Part shown: positions 42,130 to 61,894 of the stretch, piece by piece
Layout: every line of letters begins with the position of its first letter
Numbering within the stretch: position 1 is the first letter of the stretch
Assembly: GCF_009914755.1 (NCBI RefSeq)
Contig: NC_060939.1
From: the human T2T-CHM13v2.0 reference genome, Homo sapiens
Reading direction: 5' to 3' (one strand)
DNA length: 64,000 nt
Notes under the pieces: generated by a model
The model's database searches: none
The model's input: the letters and a program-made list of their open reading frames with translations, nothing else
Told to the model about the DNA's origin: nothing
Made by a program: the position numbers and the translations under genes

Positions 42130-42765
42130 AAAAGCAGGCCCCTTCCAGCATAAGCCTGGAGAAGTGGGTCTGGACTCTCCGCCCCCACCATGTCCCTACC
42201 ACCCCTTCCCAGTCACCTCTTTACCTTTAGGGTAGCAAGACCCCTGTCTAATGGGGGGAGACAGACCCTTTGCCACCTTGACCAGGGCTGAGTCCTTAAA
42301 TTTCTGGACGATGATGCTTGTTATTTAAGAGCCAGAGGCTGGTGGAGTTGGTTTGTTTGGAGTAGGCCTGATGGCCTCTCTACTCTTGCCAAAGCAACTT
42401 TTCCCTCAGGGGAGCTCCCATCTTCTTATTCAGAGAGGCAGCTGAGGCAGGACAGTGGGGCTAACAGTAGACCAGGCAAGGGCATGGGCTGCTGGGGTGA
42501 CCCCCCCTTCCCCAGTGTATATATTGTATCTGCGTAACATTTTGTATATTCTGGGGAGTGGGGCTGCCCCTGTATCGTACCTAGTGGAGGTTGGAGCTGG
42601 CATATAGGGAGGAGGATCTAATAATTATTTGCATCTGGGAAACGTATTTATTGCTAGCATAGGACATAGGAAGGAGGCGGGGATGGGGTCGTGGCTCCCT
42701 TGGTGATGCGACTCCTGTTTATTTTGCTTTTCATTTTGGAATAAATGGATTTAGCCATACTGCTC
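42130..42765 (+). pseudogene. Remnant of the ancestral GOLGA2 3' UTR with poly(A) signal
   Basis: AAAGC.GGC...GCCTGGAGAAGTGGG..CCCCCACCAT resembles the recalled GOLGA2 sequence after its stop; AATAAA at 42740-42745. Confidence 0.6.
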
Positions 42766-43199
42766 AGCCTGGTGTGTTCCCGTTTCCTTCACTGGGTCCT
42801 GGAGTTTGTCCCACTGAATGAGGAGCCCCAGAGTGTCTGAGCATGTCCAGCTGGGCTGTTGGGGACCTTCCAGGCCTGTTACCTGTATGCTGCCTGGTGA
42901 CACCTGGTGGATTTCATGGGGACTGCCATAGCACCTATGGAGCACAGTACGGCCCTGACAGCCAACAGGCTCAGAAGCCTGATCTAGCAGTGGCCGGGAA
43001 GTCAGATACCAGCACCCAAGGGCACTGACTTCCATCCACCCCAGGCATCTTCCCTTCCGTCCCCTTGCCTCCTTCTCCTGTCTGCACTGGGTGGCCTGTT
43101 CTGTCTGTCCCTCCAGAATGCCGGCTGCCCCTCAGTCTCCCTCCAGGCTGAGATCATGACCCTGACCCCTAGTGGCCGGAGCTGGCTTCACAGGATAAA

Positions 43200-46353
<3,154 letters not shown>

Positions 46354-46450
46354 TAAGATCTATTTGCTTAGAATAGTGTTTACTAGAGGTGAGGAAGGGG
46401 GAGGAGGTAGCCAAAGGTTGGCTAACAGATTAACAGATATAAGAGTACAT

Positions 46451-46628
46451 GGCTGAATGTGGTGGCTCACACACTAGTGTAATCCTAGCTCTCTGGGAGG
46501 CTGAGCGGGGAGGATCACTTGAGGCCAGGAGTGCACGGCCAGCCTGGGTAACACAGGAGGTATTATGTCTACAAAAAATTTAAAAATTAGCTAGGCATGG
46601 TGGTCCATACCTGTGGTCCCGGCTACTA
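46451..46628 (+). mobile_element. Truncated Alu
   Basis: Left arm plus the start of the right arm. Confidence 0.8.
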
Positions 46629-46871
46629 AAACCCAAATTGAAAGACAAAATAAATCAACCATGACTTTTCACATTTTGTGAATGTGACCAAAATGTGACC
46701 AAGGACTGACTGAATTACATAGTATTACATCAGTTACATTTCCTGATTTTGATCATTGTATTGTGGTTATATAAAATAATGTTCTTGTTCTGGAAGTAAC
46801 ACTGAAATATTTGGGAGTAAATGGGCACATCTCCAACTTAACTTCAAGTGGAGCAGAAAAAAAGTTGTGTG

Positions 46872-47235
46872 TGTCCATGGAATACTATGCAGCCATAAAA
46901 AAGGATGAGTTCATGTCCTTTGTATGGACATGGATGAAGCTAGAAACCATCATTCTGAGCAAACTGTCACAAGGACAGAAAACCAAACACCGCATGTTCT
47001 CACTCATAGGTGGGAACTGAACAATGAGAACACTTGGGACACAGGATGGGGAACATCGCACACCGGGGCCTGTCATGGGGTTGCAGGAGGGATAGCATTA
47101 GGAGATAGACCTAATATAAATGATAAGTTAACAGGTGGAGCACACCAACATGGCACATGTATACATATGTAACAAACCTGCACGTTGTGCACATGTACCC
47201 TAGAACTTAAAGTATAACAATAATTAAAAAAAAAT
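46872..47235 (+). mobile_element. L1PA 3' end
   Basis: MEYYAAIKKDEFMSF..WMKLETIILSKL..HRMFSLIGGN; CCCTAGAACTTAAAGTATAA tail. Confidence 0.93.
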
Positions 47236-47287
47236 AAATCGTTAAAATAAAGAATAAATGTAATAGACTTTCTTGAATATAAAAAGT

Positions 47288-47332
<45 letters not shown>

Positions 47333-47339
47333 AATATAT

Positions 47340-48288
<949 letters not shown>

Positions 48289-48986
48289 TGTTCTCCTGGA
48301 CATGCAGCCAGCTAAGCTTGGCTCTGCAACAGCTCCTTGTCCCACTGGAGAAAAAGAGCCCACAGCTTTCCTCATATGCAAGGGCATGAACCAACCAAGT
48401 GCAGCCCAGCTCCTGTGAGACACACACACACGTGGTTAACTGACAGCGACAGAGAGCCTAAATAAAGCTCAGAGTCCAGGGTAGTCTACCCAGGTTGCAG
48501 CTGGTGAGCTCTGCCTCCGGTTAGGCTGAAGCATCCCAGTATCAATCCTCCCATACACATTTATTCACATTTGTTGAGATCTCCTATGTTCTAGGCATTG
48601 GGCTCAACATTGGACACAAAGACACCATTCATCCTAACTCCCACTGAAAGAAAGTCAACCTCTGATACACGATAATCCTGTTGCTACCTTCTGAACATGG
48701 GCAAGTTGGCCCAAATTGTATGTACCCAGCAGGGGCTGAAGACCCAGGGAAGCAGGGTGGAGCTGCCAAAGCAGCTTTCCAGGCTCATACTGCAGACCAC
48801 TCTCAACACGTTCAGGCTTGCCCTTGCTCCTTTACTAAACTCTGGTGAACCCACTCCCCATAAACCAGATGCAGCAGCACCTGAATCCCAGACAAGTGCC
48901 AGCTGATCTGTTGCCTCGAGAGCTCCTGCCTTTCCTCTACCCACACACAACTGCAAAGATGACACAGGCAAGGCTGTTGTCCCAGA

Positions 48987-48992
48987 TTTATT
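48987..48992 (-). terminator. RPS17: RPS17 polyadenylation signal AATAAA
   Basis: TTTATT on + strand, ~30 nt past the stop codon. Confidence 0.9.
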
Positions 48993-49020
48993 GAAAATAA
49001 TACAGCACTACAGAAAAAAT

Positions 49021-49101
49021 TCAAACAGGTCCCCGAGGCGTTTTGAAATTCATCCCAACTGTAGGCTGAGTGACCTGAAGGTTGGACAGACTGCCGAAGT
49101 C
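49021..49101 (-). CDS. RPS17: 40S ribosomal protein S17 (eS17), exon 5
   Basis: [26 protein letters not shown]; AG acceptor. Confidence 0.97.
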   Translation of the reverse strand, partial: DFGSLSNLQVTQPTVGMNFKTPRGPV

Positions 49102-49394
49102 CTGGAACGAGAAAATGGATTCAGTGAGCAGTTACTGGTGAGATCTGTGAGTGGACCCCAGAAGAAAACACAGGCCCCTAGAGCCACAGCACTCTCAAGG
49201 GGGTCCAGAGGCGACCTGAAGGACCCTTTAAGAGCCAACAGGGTTCTCAATGCCTCCCACTTTTCCAGAGTGATCTTCCTTCAACACACACCTGACCATG
49301 TGGTATCCCCATTTACAACTCTATGACTTTTACCCAATGTACCATGCCATTTGTATCTGTTTTCACAACCCCTTCCTATCAATCACTCTAAAAC

Positions 49395-49602
49395 ACCGTT
49401 TCTCAATCTTGGCAACGTAGACATCCTGGGCTGGACATTCTTTGTTATAGGCAGCTGTACTGTGTATTGCAGAAAGTTTAGCAACATCCTTGGCCTCTAC
49501 CCATTAGAAGTTAGCAGGTATCCCCTGGCTATGAGAACGAAAAATGTGTCTGGACATTGCCAAATGTCCTCTAAAGCAAAACTCTGTCCCTTTGAGAATA
49601 CA
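49395..49602. mobile_element. MER20 in RPS17 intron 4
   Basis: TTTCTCAA..TTGGCA...GCAACATCCTTGGCCTCTACCCA...GGACATTGCCAAATGTCC. Confidence 0.75.
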
Positions 49603-50444
49603 CAGTGCCACTTGCTTTCCAGGACCAGCCCTGGGTAAGAGCTATTACTAATCTAATCAACATTTGTGAAGGGCCCAAGTACACAAGGCATCAAGCAGAA
49701 GGGAGGGAGGCAAGAGCAGACCCTGCCCTCAAACAAGTTCAGGCTGGTAGGCAGGGCAAGAAGCCAAGGGCCCAACTTATACCTGGAACTCCATGTCCTA
49801 TTTGGTCCTCAGAAACCCATTTTAGTTTCAACAAAAATGCTGCATTCAGCGCAGTGGTTATTTCAGGAAGAAAAGACCCACAGCGGGGCTGTAGCTGTAC
49901 TGGTGATGTTTTTCTGAAGCTGGGAAAGTACATGTGAGTTCATTTTGCTACTACCTTTTTGAGTGTCTTAAACATTTAATGACCATAAAAATAGGAAAAA
50001 TGAAGTTGTTCAAAATCACCAACCGCCCATGAAGCCCATGCTTTCACCCAAGTATGCAAAAGGACTAAGATAAGCCATAGAAAAAACATCAAAGTGCAAT
50101 GAAGATACTCGTGAACTACCTAAGTAGTGCCTTGTATGTACCTGGAAATGGACCAAAGCTCATTTCTGAGTGGTTAGCATGGAGACACCAAAGGAATGCC
50201 TTCACAGAAGAAAAGCAGGCAGATTCAGCCAGGGCTGACACAAAGGGGGCAACGTAAGCCAGCTATAAAACCAAGAACAGAAGCAGCCAAGAGAGAAAAG
50301 GTGTCCTGGAAGCCACTAGATTTGGGAATCATGATCTTGTGGCGAACTAACTCAATGCACACAACTTCCGCTACACCCCTTATGAAAGCAGTCCAGTTTA
50401 GTGGCTACAAGTTTAGATGGGATTCCCAACTCTGCCACTTACTA

Positions 50445-50591
<147 letters not shown>

Positions 50592-51099
50592 CTACAAGGA
50601 AACGAGGTAGGGTCAAAATACCAATCAATGAGATTATCACTCACCTCTCCTCCTCCTCTCCCCAGGTTCTTAAATATGGGGAAGAGGAGCTGCACAAGGA
50701 TAGCATTCCTCTCACAAGGTGAGCAGTCTCTTACAGTATTACAGACCCCGATGACCTGTTCTTCTGGCCTTACCTTCCCATGCCCTCATTCAGTATTCAG
50801 AACACTTGAAGTCTGTGTTTACACCAAAGAATACTATATTAGGGGCAAACAATCGAGCCACGACAGCAGTCATCAAATCAACATTAAGGGCTCTCATGAA
50901 ATATGGAATAGACTTAACTGGTTCCAGAAGAGCAGAATGGAGGCTAAGAAACTGGTAGGGGGCCTATGGGCACCCACAGCTGGTTATGGAATGTATGGAT
51001 TAAAGGTCTCAGATTCAGCTGAGGTCCCTTTGGAAGCCAAGAACCCATAGCTTTATCATTTGAGGATTAGCCAGAAGCCCAAATATCCAGAAAGTTTAC

Positions 51100-51205
51100 C
51101 TCAGGAACATAATTGTCTCTCCTTTCTCTCTCCTCCTCCTGCAGCTTGATGGAGATACCTCTTACTGGGCCTCTCTGAATTCGCTTCATCAGATGCGTGA
51201 CATAA
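51100..51205 (-). CDS. RPS17: RPS17 exon 3
   Basis: [35 protein letters not shown]; AG/GT boundaries. Confidence 0.97.
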
Positions 51206-51625
51206 CTACAAAGCACACACAGCCAAAGAGAACAGTGAGAAGACAAATCAACTCCCACCTGGTACTGAGCACATGTGGATATATAAATACCCGCTTTAGT
51301 TCTTTTCCACAGTGAGAAGGAAGAGGACTCACTATCCTGGGACCTCCTACACATAGAACCTCCACTGGCCTGAGCATTCCTTCCCCTTGGTTTCTCACTC
51401 TCTATTCAAACTCTCCTTCATGATGATCAAGCGCCCCACCCCCCACTCGCCCCGCCCCGCCCCGCAGTTTCACGACCCTTCACAGCCTTCATTTTCTTCC
51501 AATTTCAAATTCACATAACTTGGCAATTAATACGTTGACTTTGGCACTATTCTTCCAGGCCATATGCCTATAAATCTCTCGAACAGTAACTGCAACTGTG
51601 AAGTAAGCATTAGAAGTTGACATCC

Positions 51626-51946
<321 letters not shown>

Positions 51947-52199
51947 CTAAAAGCAACGTAGCTTCAAAGCAAGAGGTCTGACGGTGGCTACCTTCGACCC
52001 AGGGTCACCGCGGCCAGTCATGACACAGGCCTAAGTTCACAACAGAAATCCTGCACACGCAGAGCTCTAGCCCTTCTCCGGGACACCAGGGAGTCTCAGG
52101 CTAACGAAACCACCAAGGCACCGTCTCTTCCCGAGTCGGAGGGCGGCAGAGCACACAAACAGATCGCGGAGCCCCGGAGGCCGAGGAAGGCCCGACTCA

Positions 52200-52373
<174 letters not shown>

Positions 52374-52645
52374 TCACTCACGAGCCAGCGCAACCTTCTG
52401 GGAAGAGTGCGGCGCCGAGCCCCGGCCGGTGTGGTTGGGGACCGCCGGCTGCGCTGAGCCGGAGAGGGCCCGGCTAAACAGTGCCGGGCGCCGGGCTTAA
52501 TGCGGAAGCCGCCGGCCCGTTGCGCTCCAGCCTGACAGGGCTCTGCGCCTTCCCGGCCCAGGGCCTCTCTGTGGGCTGAGGACCGCGGGAAGCTGCAGAT
52601 GGGGGACGATTGTGGAGGATGGCGGCCTCGAGCCAAAACACCTAC

Positions 52646-52648
52646 CAT
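52646..52648 (-). CDS. RPS17: RPS17 exon 1 coding part (ATG only)
   Basis: GCCAACATG|GTAGGT; total CDS 3+152+106+66+81 = 408 nt = 135 aa. Confidence 0.95.
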
Positions 52649-53150
52649 GTTGGCGGGTCCTTGGTAAAAGAGGAAACAGGAAGCACAGGCGAAGCCTGTT
52701 AAAGCTTAGGCCAGAAAGCCGCTTCCGCCCGGCCACGGTCGCTCTGAGCCTACTCGGGAGCCACACAGCGCCCCCTGGCGGAGTGGAGCGGGGGCGGCGG
52801 TGGCGCGCCCCTCCGGTGGGCAGGGTGTCTGTCCCGCCCCCGACGGCTCCTCCCTTTCCGCTCCCCGCTCCCCTCGGTTGACTTGGGCTCGCTTCTCTCC
52901 CCCATCTGATTTTTAATGGGACCGCCCGTGCGATGTGCTCTAGCGTAGCGTCCATCTCTTCCACACACGCCAGGGAGAGGAGAAGCATCCGGTCCTCGGG
53001 AGGACCGAGAAAAGAAGGCGATCCAGGGCCGTGGAACAATGAGGAAGTGGGGGATGGCGGCCGCCCAGGTCCCCCACTCAGTCCGCGGGCCGGAGACTTG
53101 TCAGGTAGAGACAGGGTGCGACTGGGCGAGACGTATCTCATTTCTTCCGG
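52649..53150 (-). promoter_or_regulatory. RPS17: RPS17 5'TOP start site and CpG-island promoter
   Basis: Polypyrimidine TTTCCTCTTTT start near 52666-52676; ETS/GABP-like CGGAAG near 52722-52727; GC boxes; CTCF-like motif at 52766-52781. Confidence 0.85.
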
Positions 53151-53696
53151 GCCTTTGCTCAAATGTCGCCTTATCAGAGGGCTTTCCCTTCAAACTTAGG
53201 TAAAATAACTCCCTCACTATCCCTGCTTATATTTCCTAGCACTTGCCGTGTGATTCGGCTTATTTTTCTCAACTAGGGGTGAGCTCCATGACAGTAATGG
53301 TCATTTTGTTTAGCTAATTCCCAGTGCTTGAACAGCGCCTAGCACGTAACAACCTCTAACATTGACGTGAAGGGCCCAGCTCACCAGCAGAGCTCCCAAC
53401 ACCTCAGGCACCTTCTCCATCCACTATCTTCAGGCTGTTCCTGCCGCACCCATCCTCAAACCAGGGCCTTCCGAAGCCACCAGCGCAGGCTGCCCCGATG
53501 GGCCGCAGCCTAGGTAGGGCCCTGCCCCCTTCTTCCAACTCTGCTCCCTGGGCTGACAGCAATCCTAGGCTCCCACCTGACAGGGGAAGGCTGAGCTGGC
53601 CAGGCTGGATGAGTTAAGCCCAGGGCTGTGCCTCATTCCTCAACGCACCTTGGGTACTCCAGTCGGACTCTCAACTGATTGGGGATGGAAACCTGA

Positions 53697-54743
<1,047 letters not shown>

Positions 54744-55429
54744 GGCCTCTCCTTTTGTGAGGAGACTCCCCCACCTTGCCCAATAGTTCTTGCACCTCTC
54801 TCAGAAGAGACAGCTTCAGTATGCAGGGTTCCCTCCACCTCAGACTAAATTGGAGGTTCCCAAAGAATCGGTCCAACAGCTGGGCCCAGGCCAACTCGAC
54901 TGAAAAAAAAAAAAAAAAATCAGCAGACCTTGCCAGAAATCCTGTGAGCTCTGAGAAAGTTCCGTTGATAGGGCTCTCTGAACAGCAAAAACCCAATCGC
55001 TCCCTCTCAGAAAGGAACTGCATCATCATAGGTGGGTCCAAGAGGATGAGCAGCCTCCGAAGAAGTAATAGGCCAAGACTTCCAGGAGAAGCTGAGAACA
55101 AGTGGCTTCTGCTGGCACGTGAGCAGCTGTGCCTCCAGCATTCTCTAAGCTGGGCCTGGAGGCTGTGAGGACCCCCGAGAAGCTAAGATATGAGGACTTT
55201 TTATATTTGGGCTAGAAGCACCCATCCACTGGAGAAGCATCTCCAAAGTATATTTGACGATGGAAGGGACCAAGAAGTACTCACAGGGCAGGTCTCCCAC
55301 ATGGTCCCACCATTATCCTGGGCCAGGATCTCCATCACAGAAATCCAAGGAAACAAGCTGTGGCTGTGCCATTACCCCCTTACTCCCTCCCGTTAGCCCC
55401 TTGCTCCCAGACCTCAAACACAGAGACAA

Positions 55430-56830
55430 AACCAGAACTCTGCTGCAACGTGTTTATTATGTGCCAAAAAAACTACACCACAGCTTACTCCACACATCTG
55501 TAGGAGAGTGCAGTCTTGCCTGCATATACTACAATGAGGTAGAGACTTCACACACAGCTTCACAAAACCCACAGAGTAGCTGGGATATGCAACAATGCAA
55601 CGTCAGCTCAGCAGGAGGGAGGGGTTATGACACTGGTTCTTTGGCACACAGCTTCCCTAGGAGGGGCAAGTAGTTTTTGTGGGTTTTTTGTTTCTTTTTT
55701 TTAAAAAAAAAAAAAAAAAAAAGGAAAGAAAAAAAAGTCAAGTTTTCAAATTCCAGTGGCATTTCAGTCAACTGCAACTGTTATCTCATACATTCCTCAA
55801 ATTAAAGATATAAGGGAAGGGTACTTGCCCCCTCTAAGAGAAAGGGCTCCTGTGAGCCTTCATCTGCCCCCACCGAAAAGCAGCCCTTTTTAGCTCAGTT
55901 ACAAAAGAAAAAAGTCCTGTGACTTTGTGATTAAAAACTTCTATCAACCCCACCCCCCCACATAAGTGCAACTTAAGGAGGTGCAATAAACCATTTAAAA
56001 CTATATACAGCAGCCGCTCAAACACCGTTTATCCGGTCCAGTTTCAAATAAAACAAAAAATTTTTTTTTTCTTGGTTGCAAATGCCTTGATTTGCAACTG
56101 TGAGAAACAGTGACCAGCAGTCCCCCAGACACAAATTTGCTATAATGTTAAAAGCTGCCAGGAAAGAAAAAATATCTTGTTCCAAACGACTTAAAAACTG
56201 TTTTAAGGAGTGTAAAAAGGAACCGGTAAAAACCCTCGAGCGTAAAATATGAAATATGATTTTGGTTTAAATGAAGAGCAAAGTCTCCTTATTGTTTACA
56301 GTAAAAAACACCAGCTGAACACTCAGTTTATGCCGTTCAGGTGGGGGTTAAATAAATGGAAAGGCACTGTATGGCAACTGCAAGAATGAAACCAATGAGA
56401 CCTGCGCATCATCACCATCAGTATTGCAAGGAATGTAAAAAAGCGCTTTTAATAAATAAACCTAGGTGTAGGCATCCGTGTCAATACCTCAATACCTTCT
56501 GGACACGTAGTTTTTTTTTTTTTTTTTTTTTTTCCCCGCTTTTCATCTGCAAAATGAGGAACTAAAATCTGGGAAAACTACAGAGTCGCTTGGAGGGTAA
56601 GCCAGAGGGTCCTTGCCCTTGGTACACCCCCTGAAAACAAAACCTGACAAAACTCAATGTGCATTAATTAGTGCAGAAACAAAGACAGATTCAGCAAGTG
56701 CAAAGGTGACTACAATTTTCCCTTGTCCTTGGGAAGCCAGCTCCCTGGTCGCCAGTGGCAGGGTGGTGCAGGCTGCTTGCCTGACCTGCCAGCTTTGGGC
56801 GCCACAGGCCACTGGGCAAGGCCAGCTCCT
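55430..56830 (-). other. CPEB1: CPEB1 3' UTR (AATAAA at 55453-55458)
   Basis: Repeat-free U-rich stretch from the stop codon to the hexamer; 3' end approximate. Confidence 0.8.
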
Positions 56831-56941
56831 CTAGCTGGAATCTCGGTTCTTCTGGTTCCGCATCAGGGGGCTGTGGTGGCGCAGGCCCTCCATGCTGTGC
56901 CGCCAGTGCCAGCAGCTCCGGCAGAAGTATTTGAAGCAGAC
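56831..56941 (-). CDS. CPEB1: CPEB1 last coding exon (ZZ domain, C-terminal half)
   Basis: [36 protein letters not shown]; AG acceptor. Confidence 0.96.
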   Translation of the reverse strand, partial: VCFKYFCRSCWHWRHSMEGLRHHSPLMRNQKNRDSS

Positions 56942-58343
56942 CTGGGTTGGGGGAACAAAAAGGAGGATGCCATGCCTGTGTCAGCACCAGACACAGGAGC
57001 TGTTGCACGAGCTGCTTGTTCTGTTTGGAGAAGGGTGGGAGACTCCCGATGGCCTCTGTGGGTTAGAAGAAATGGTCCCTAGGAATGCTCTCACCCCAAC
57101 ACAGAAGCCTGATTAACTATGGCAAACCCACCATCCTTGTTACAGGTCCCCTTACTTAAACATGTTGGGCTCGTAGTGTGTGCAGAGACCATGCTAGTTT
57201 CTCTTATCCCCTCTAACCATGACAGCTGCTCTCCTATTCCCCTGCCCTTCTCACCTCCTACAGAGTAGTTGTATCACATGGCTGCTAACGTGGAGAATGT
57301 ATAAGGATACTGACTAAAAATTCTAATGCTAGGCAACATCCTGCTTTCTTCCCATTAAGTGAGGAGAGGTGACTGGGTTTCTCAGTCTAGTCCCATCTCT
57401 TGGTTGCTGTGTAACGTCAGGCAAGCCACTAATCTCTGAGCAATTATCTGACTATGGAGATTATCTGTGAAAGATCCAGATCCATAAAAGCCTCGTAGAT
57501 GAGGCTGATCAGAGAGATACTTGGTCTCAGGCTTTAACTAACAATTCAAACTTAACTTCAAACTCTCACTTGAGAGCCTCAGTTTAACCATATTCAGAGA
57601 CTCCAAATCTGATCAATGGCATCACTGCAACAAATTTTTAAATAAAATTTAAAAAGCACCCACTAAGCATGGAAGGACTGCTGCTGGTGTCCTAAGAGGT
57701 CCCAAACTTCCCCTAACACCTGTCAAAGGATGATACTGACTAGCAGCATTGACACCACTTGGATACTTGTTGGACACATGGAATCTCAGGGTCCGCCCCA
57801 AACCCACTGAATCAGAATCTAAGATCCTCAGGTGATGTGTCTGTAATTAAGGTTTGAGAAGCACTGCCAAACACATCCAGATCCACATTCCATCACCCAG
57901 GAACATTCAATAGAAAGCCACCTCGCTGCTTTCTGCCTGTCGCTGACACCTGTGGGTACAGCCCAGATGCAAATATCAAAGTCGTCCAGAAGTTCAGATG
58001 TAAAGGAGGACGAGGCATCCTCCTTTACAGAAAAATCAGCTTAGAAGGCTTCAGGGTTAGGCAGCTGAGCCTGGCTCCCACGTGCTGCTGACCACACCCA
58101 GCCAGGCTTCCATCATCTACAAAACCACCTCTCAGCAATAGTGGCATACTGCATAGCAATATCCCAGGCAAGAAAAAGACCAAAGTATAAAGACTCAATT
58201 CAACATATTTTCTTAAGAGTTCTGGATCAAGCTATCTAAAGTATGTCTGTCCCTGGTCTGACCTTCAGCAAACATTACTGCTGCCTCCTCTATGCTCTCA
58301 GACACCACAGGGTACCTCAGAACTCCAACATTCAATGTCATGA

Positions 58344-58761
<418 letters not shown>

Positions 58762-59382
58762 CTGCACAAAGGCAAAATAAGATGATGAAGTGGCTCTTCT
58801 TACCAGGAGGCTCGATAGGCGATAGAAGAAGGGCACATTATTGGCCACACACAGGAATGCGGGATATTGGAATGCAGGATATTTGCCTGTTTTAAAGGAG
58901 GCTTGGAGAGAATTATGGGCCTGAAGTACAGAAAGGAGTTCTAGAGGACAGACTCATACACCATGCACAGTCAGGCTGGATGCCTCTGGGATTCAGGCAA
59001 CCACACACCTTAATGCCTGGTCTTCTAGGCAAACTGTACCTCAGCCCTCTATCAATTAGCAGTATAGGCAAGTGTTCGGAGGATTCCCAAAAGGTTGGAA
59101 AATAGGAAGTCAGGCTACTGAGCAATGCCAAAGAAATACCACAGTGAGGGAAGGCACCCTACACACTGAAGAGGCTCAACAGTCCCAGTTCCCTTCCTCC
59201 TGGGCGTACAAAGACCAAGCCCACTCCCAAACCCTAACCTCAATGTTAATTCTCAGGAATTTGGCTCACTTCCCTAAACACACCCAGCACAAACAGCTTC
59301 AGGTCTCAGGCCTGCCCTGGGTAGTAACTGCCCAAACCCCTCTCATATACCCCAGAGTAAGGGCATAAACCAGCCAACTCAC

Positions 59383-60581
<1,199 letters not shown>

Positions 60582-61695
60582 TTATTTAACCCTATATGTT
60601 AATAATATTATTTCCAAATGTGACAACAGCTGTGTTTCCAAAACTCAATGGGGCCACATTTAGCTGGTAGCTACCATATTCGTACCATATTTGACAGTGG
60701 AGATCATGTTAGCGTGAACCATTCAGGAATGGGGGAAGAATTTGCAGATCAAGATGGGAAGGAAAGATAAGGGACTCCTTCAGTGCAGGTAGAGCATAGG
60801 TTAAGGTTAAAGGATTCAGAGTGGAAGCCAAGATGCAGATAGAACACTTGTCTGAAGGGTAAGCCCAGCAGTTGAACTGAACCTCTCCTAGCCCTTAGGC
60901 ACTCTGGAGACCTATTAAGAGAGCTGGAAGAAGCCCCATCCTGCCAAGTTCCTCCTCCGCTCCTGGGGCTTCTGAAGTCCCTGTTCTCAATCTGCTGCAC
61001 AGTATTGGTGAGTACATGGTGCTCCTTCCTGACCAGATTCAGTGTGGGTGTGAAGACTAAGCATTTGGGGAGGTGGGTTAGCCACATGTTAATCACAGAG
61101 GTCAGGCTCTGCTCCACCTCCATACCTCATCATTGACATTTTGCCAGGACTGGCGAATTGACCTCCTTTCTCAGAGGAGCTGATCAAAACCTAGTGGTTA
61201 GGCCCACAGACTTCTGAGTTAGGAAAGCACAGGCCACACTCTGTTGCCTGACTCACTCAGAAAGTCCTCCTCCAGCCTGACCTGGTCTCTGACCTTAGAC
61301 AATGCCAGAGCTTTTCAAGAACTTTTAATAAAAAACTCCAGGCAAGTTCAGAGAATTGCAGCCTTTTCATGAAATAGTACCTGTTGTCTGTTCCAAACTG
61401 GTTTCGCTGTGAACTCTGAGCTTCCAACAAAGTTCCTACCTCACTCTCACTTCTTATCACCTCCTGTAGTCTCCAATAGCTTTTTCTCCCACTGCGTGGG
61501 AGATGGTGGGTAGAGGGCTAGATACAGAAGGGCCAGTACTCGTGACTTGTCTAGAAAAAGATATTATGGTGCTGGTATATGCTGATCTGCAGACCTGGGT
61601 CAGGCCTCTCTCCTCACTCCCATGGGGAAGTATCACAATCTTGGTCTACTCCCAGGGGCCAACCAAGCTTTCGCACACAGAAGTGGGACACTTAC

Positions 61696-61894
61696 CAATG
61701 GGATACTTGTGCTTATCTGTGTCAATCCCGGCATACACCACTCCACCAAATAGGTCGTTCAAGATGGCTGCCAGGGCCTCAGCATTTAGCATTCCATGCA
61801 GAGCACCGACAAACACCGTCCTGCTGGGGTCAAGCCTCTGAGATGGGCTCCGGACAAAGTTACTGTCGGCTAATACCCAGGGGATCACCTGCAC
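61696..61894 (-). CDS. CPEB1: CPEB1 exon (end of RRM1, start of RRM2); the gene continues beyond the window
   Basis: [66 protein letters not shown]; AG/GT boundaries, phases consistent with downstream exons. Confidence 0.96.
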
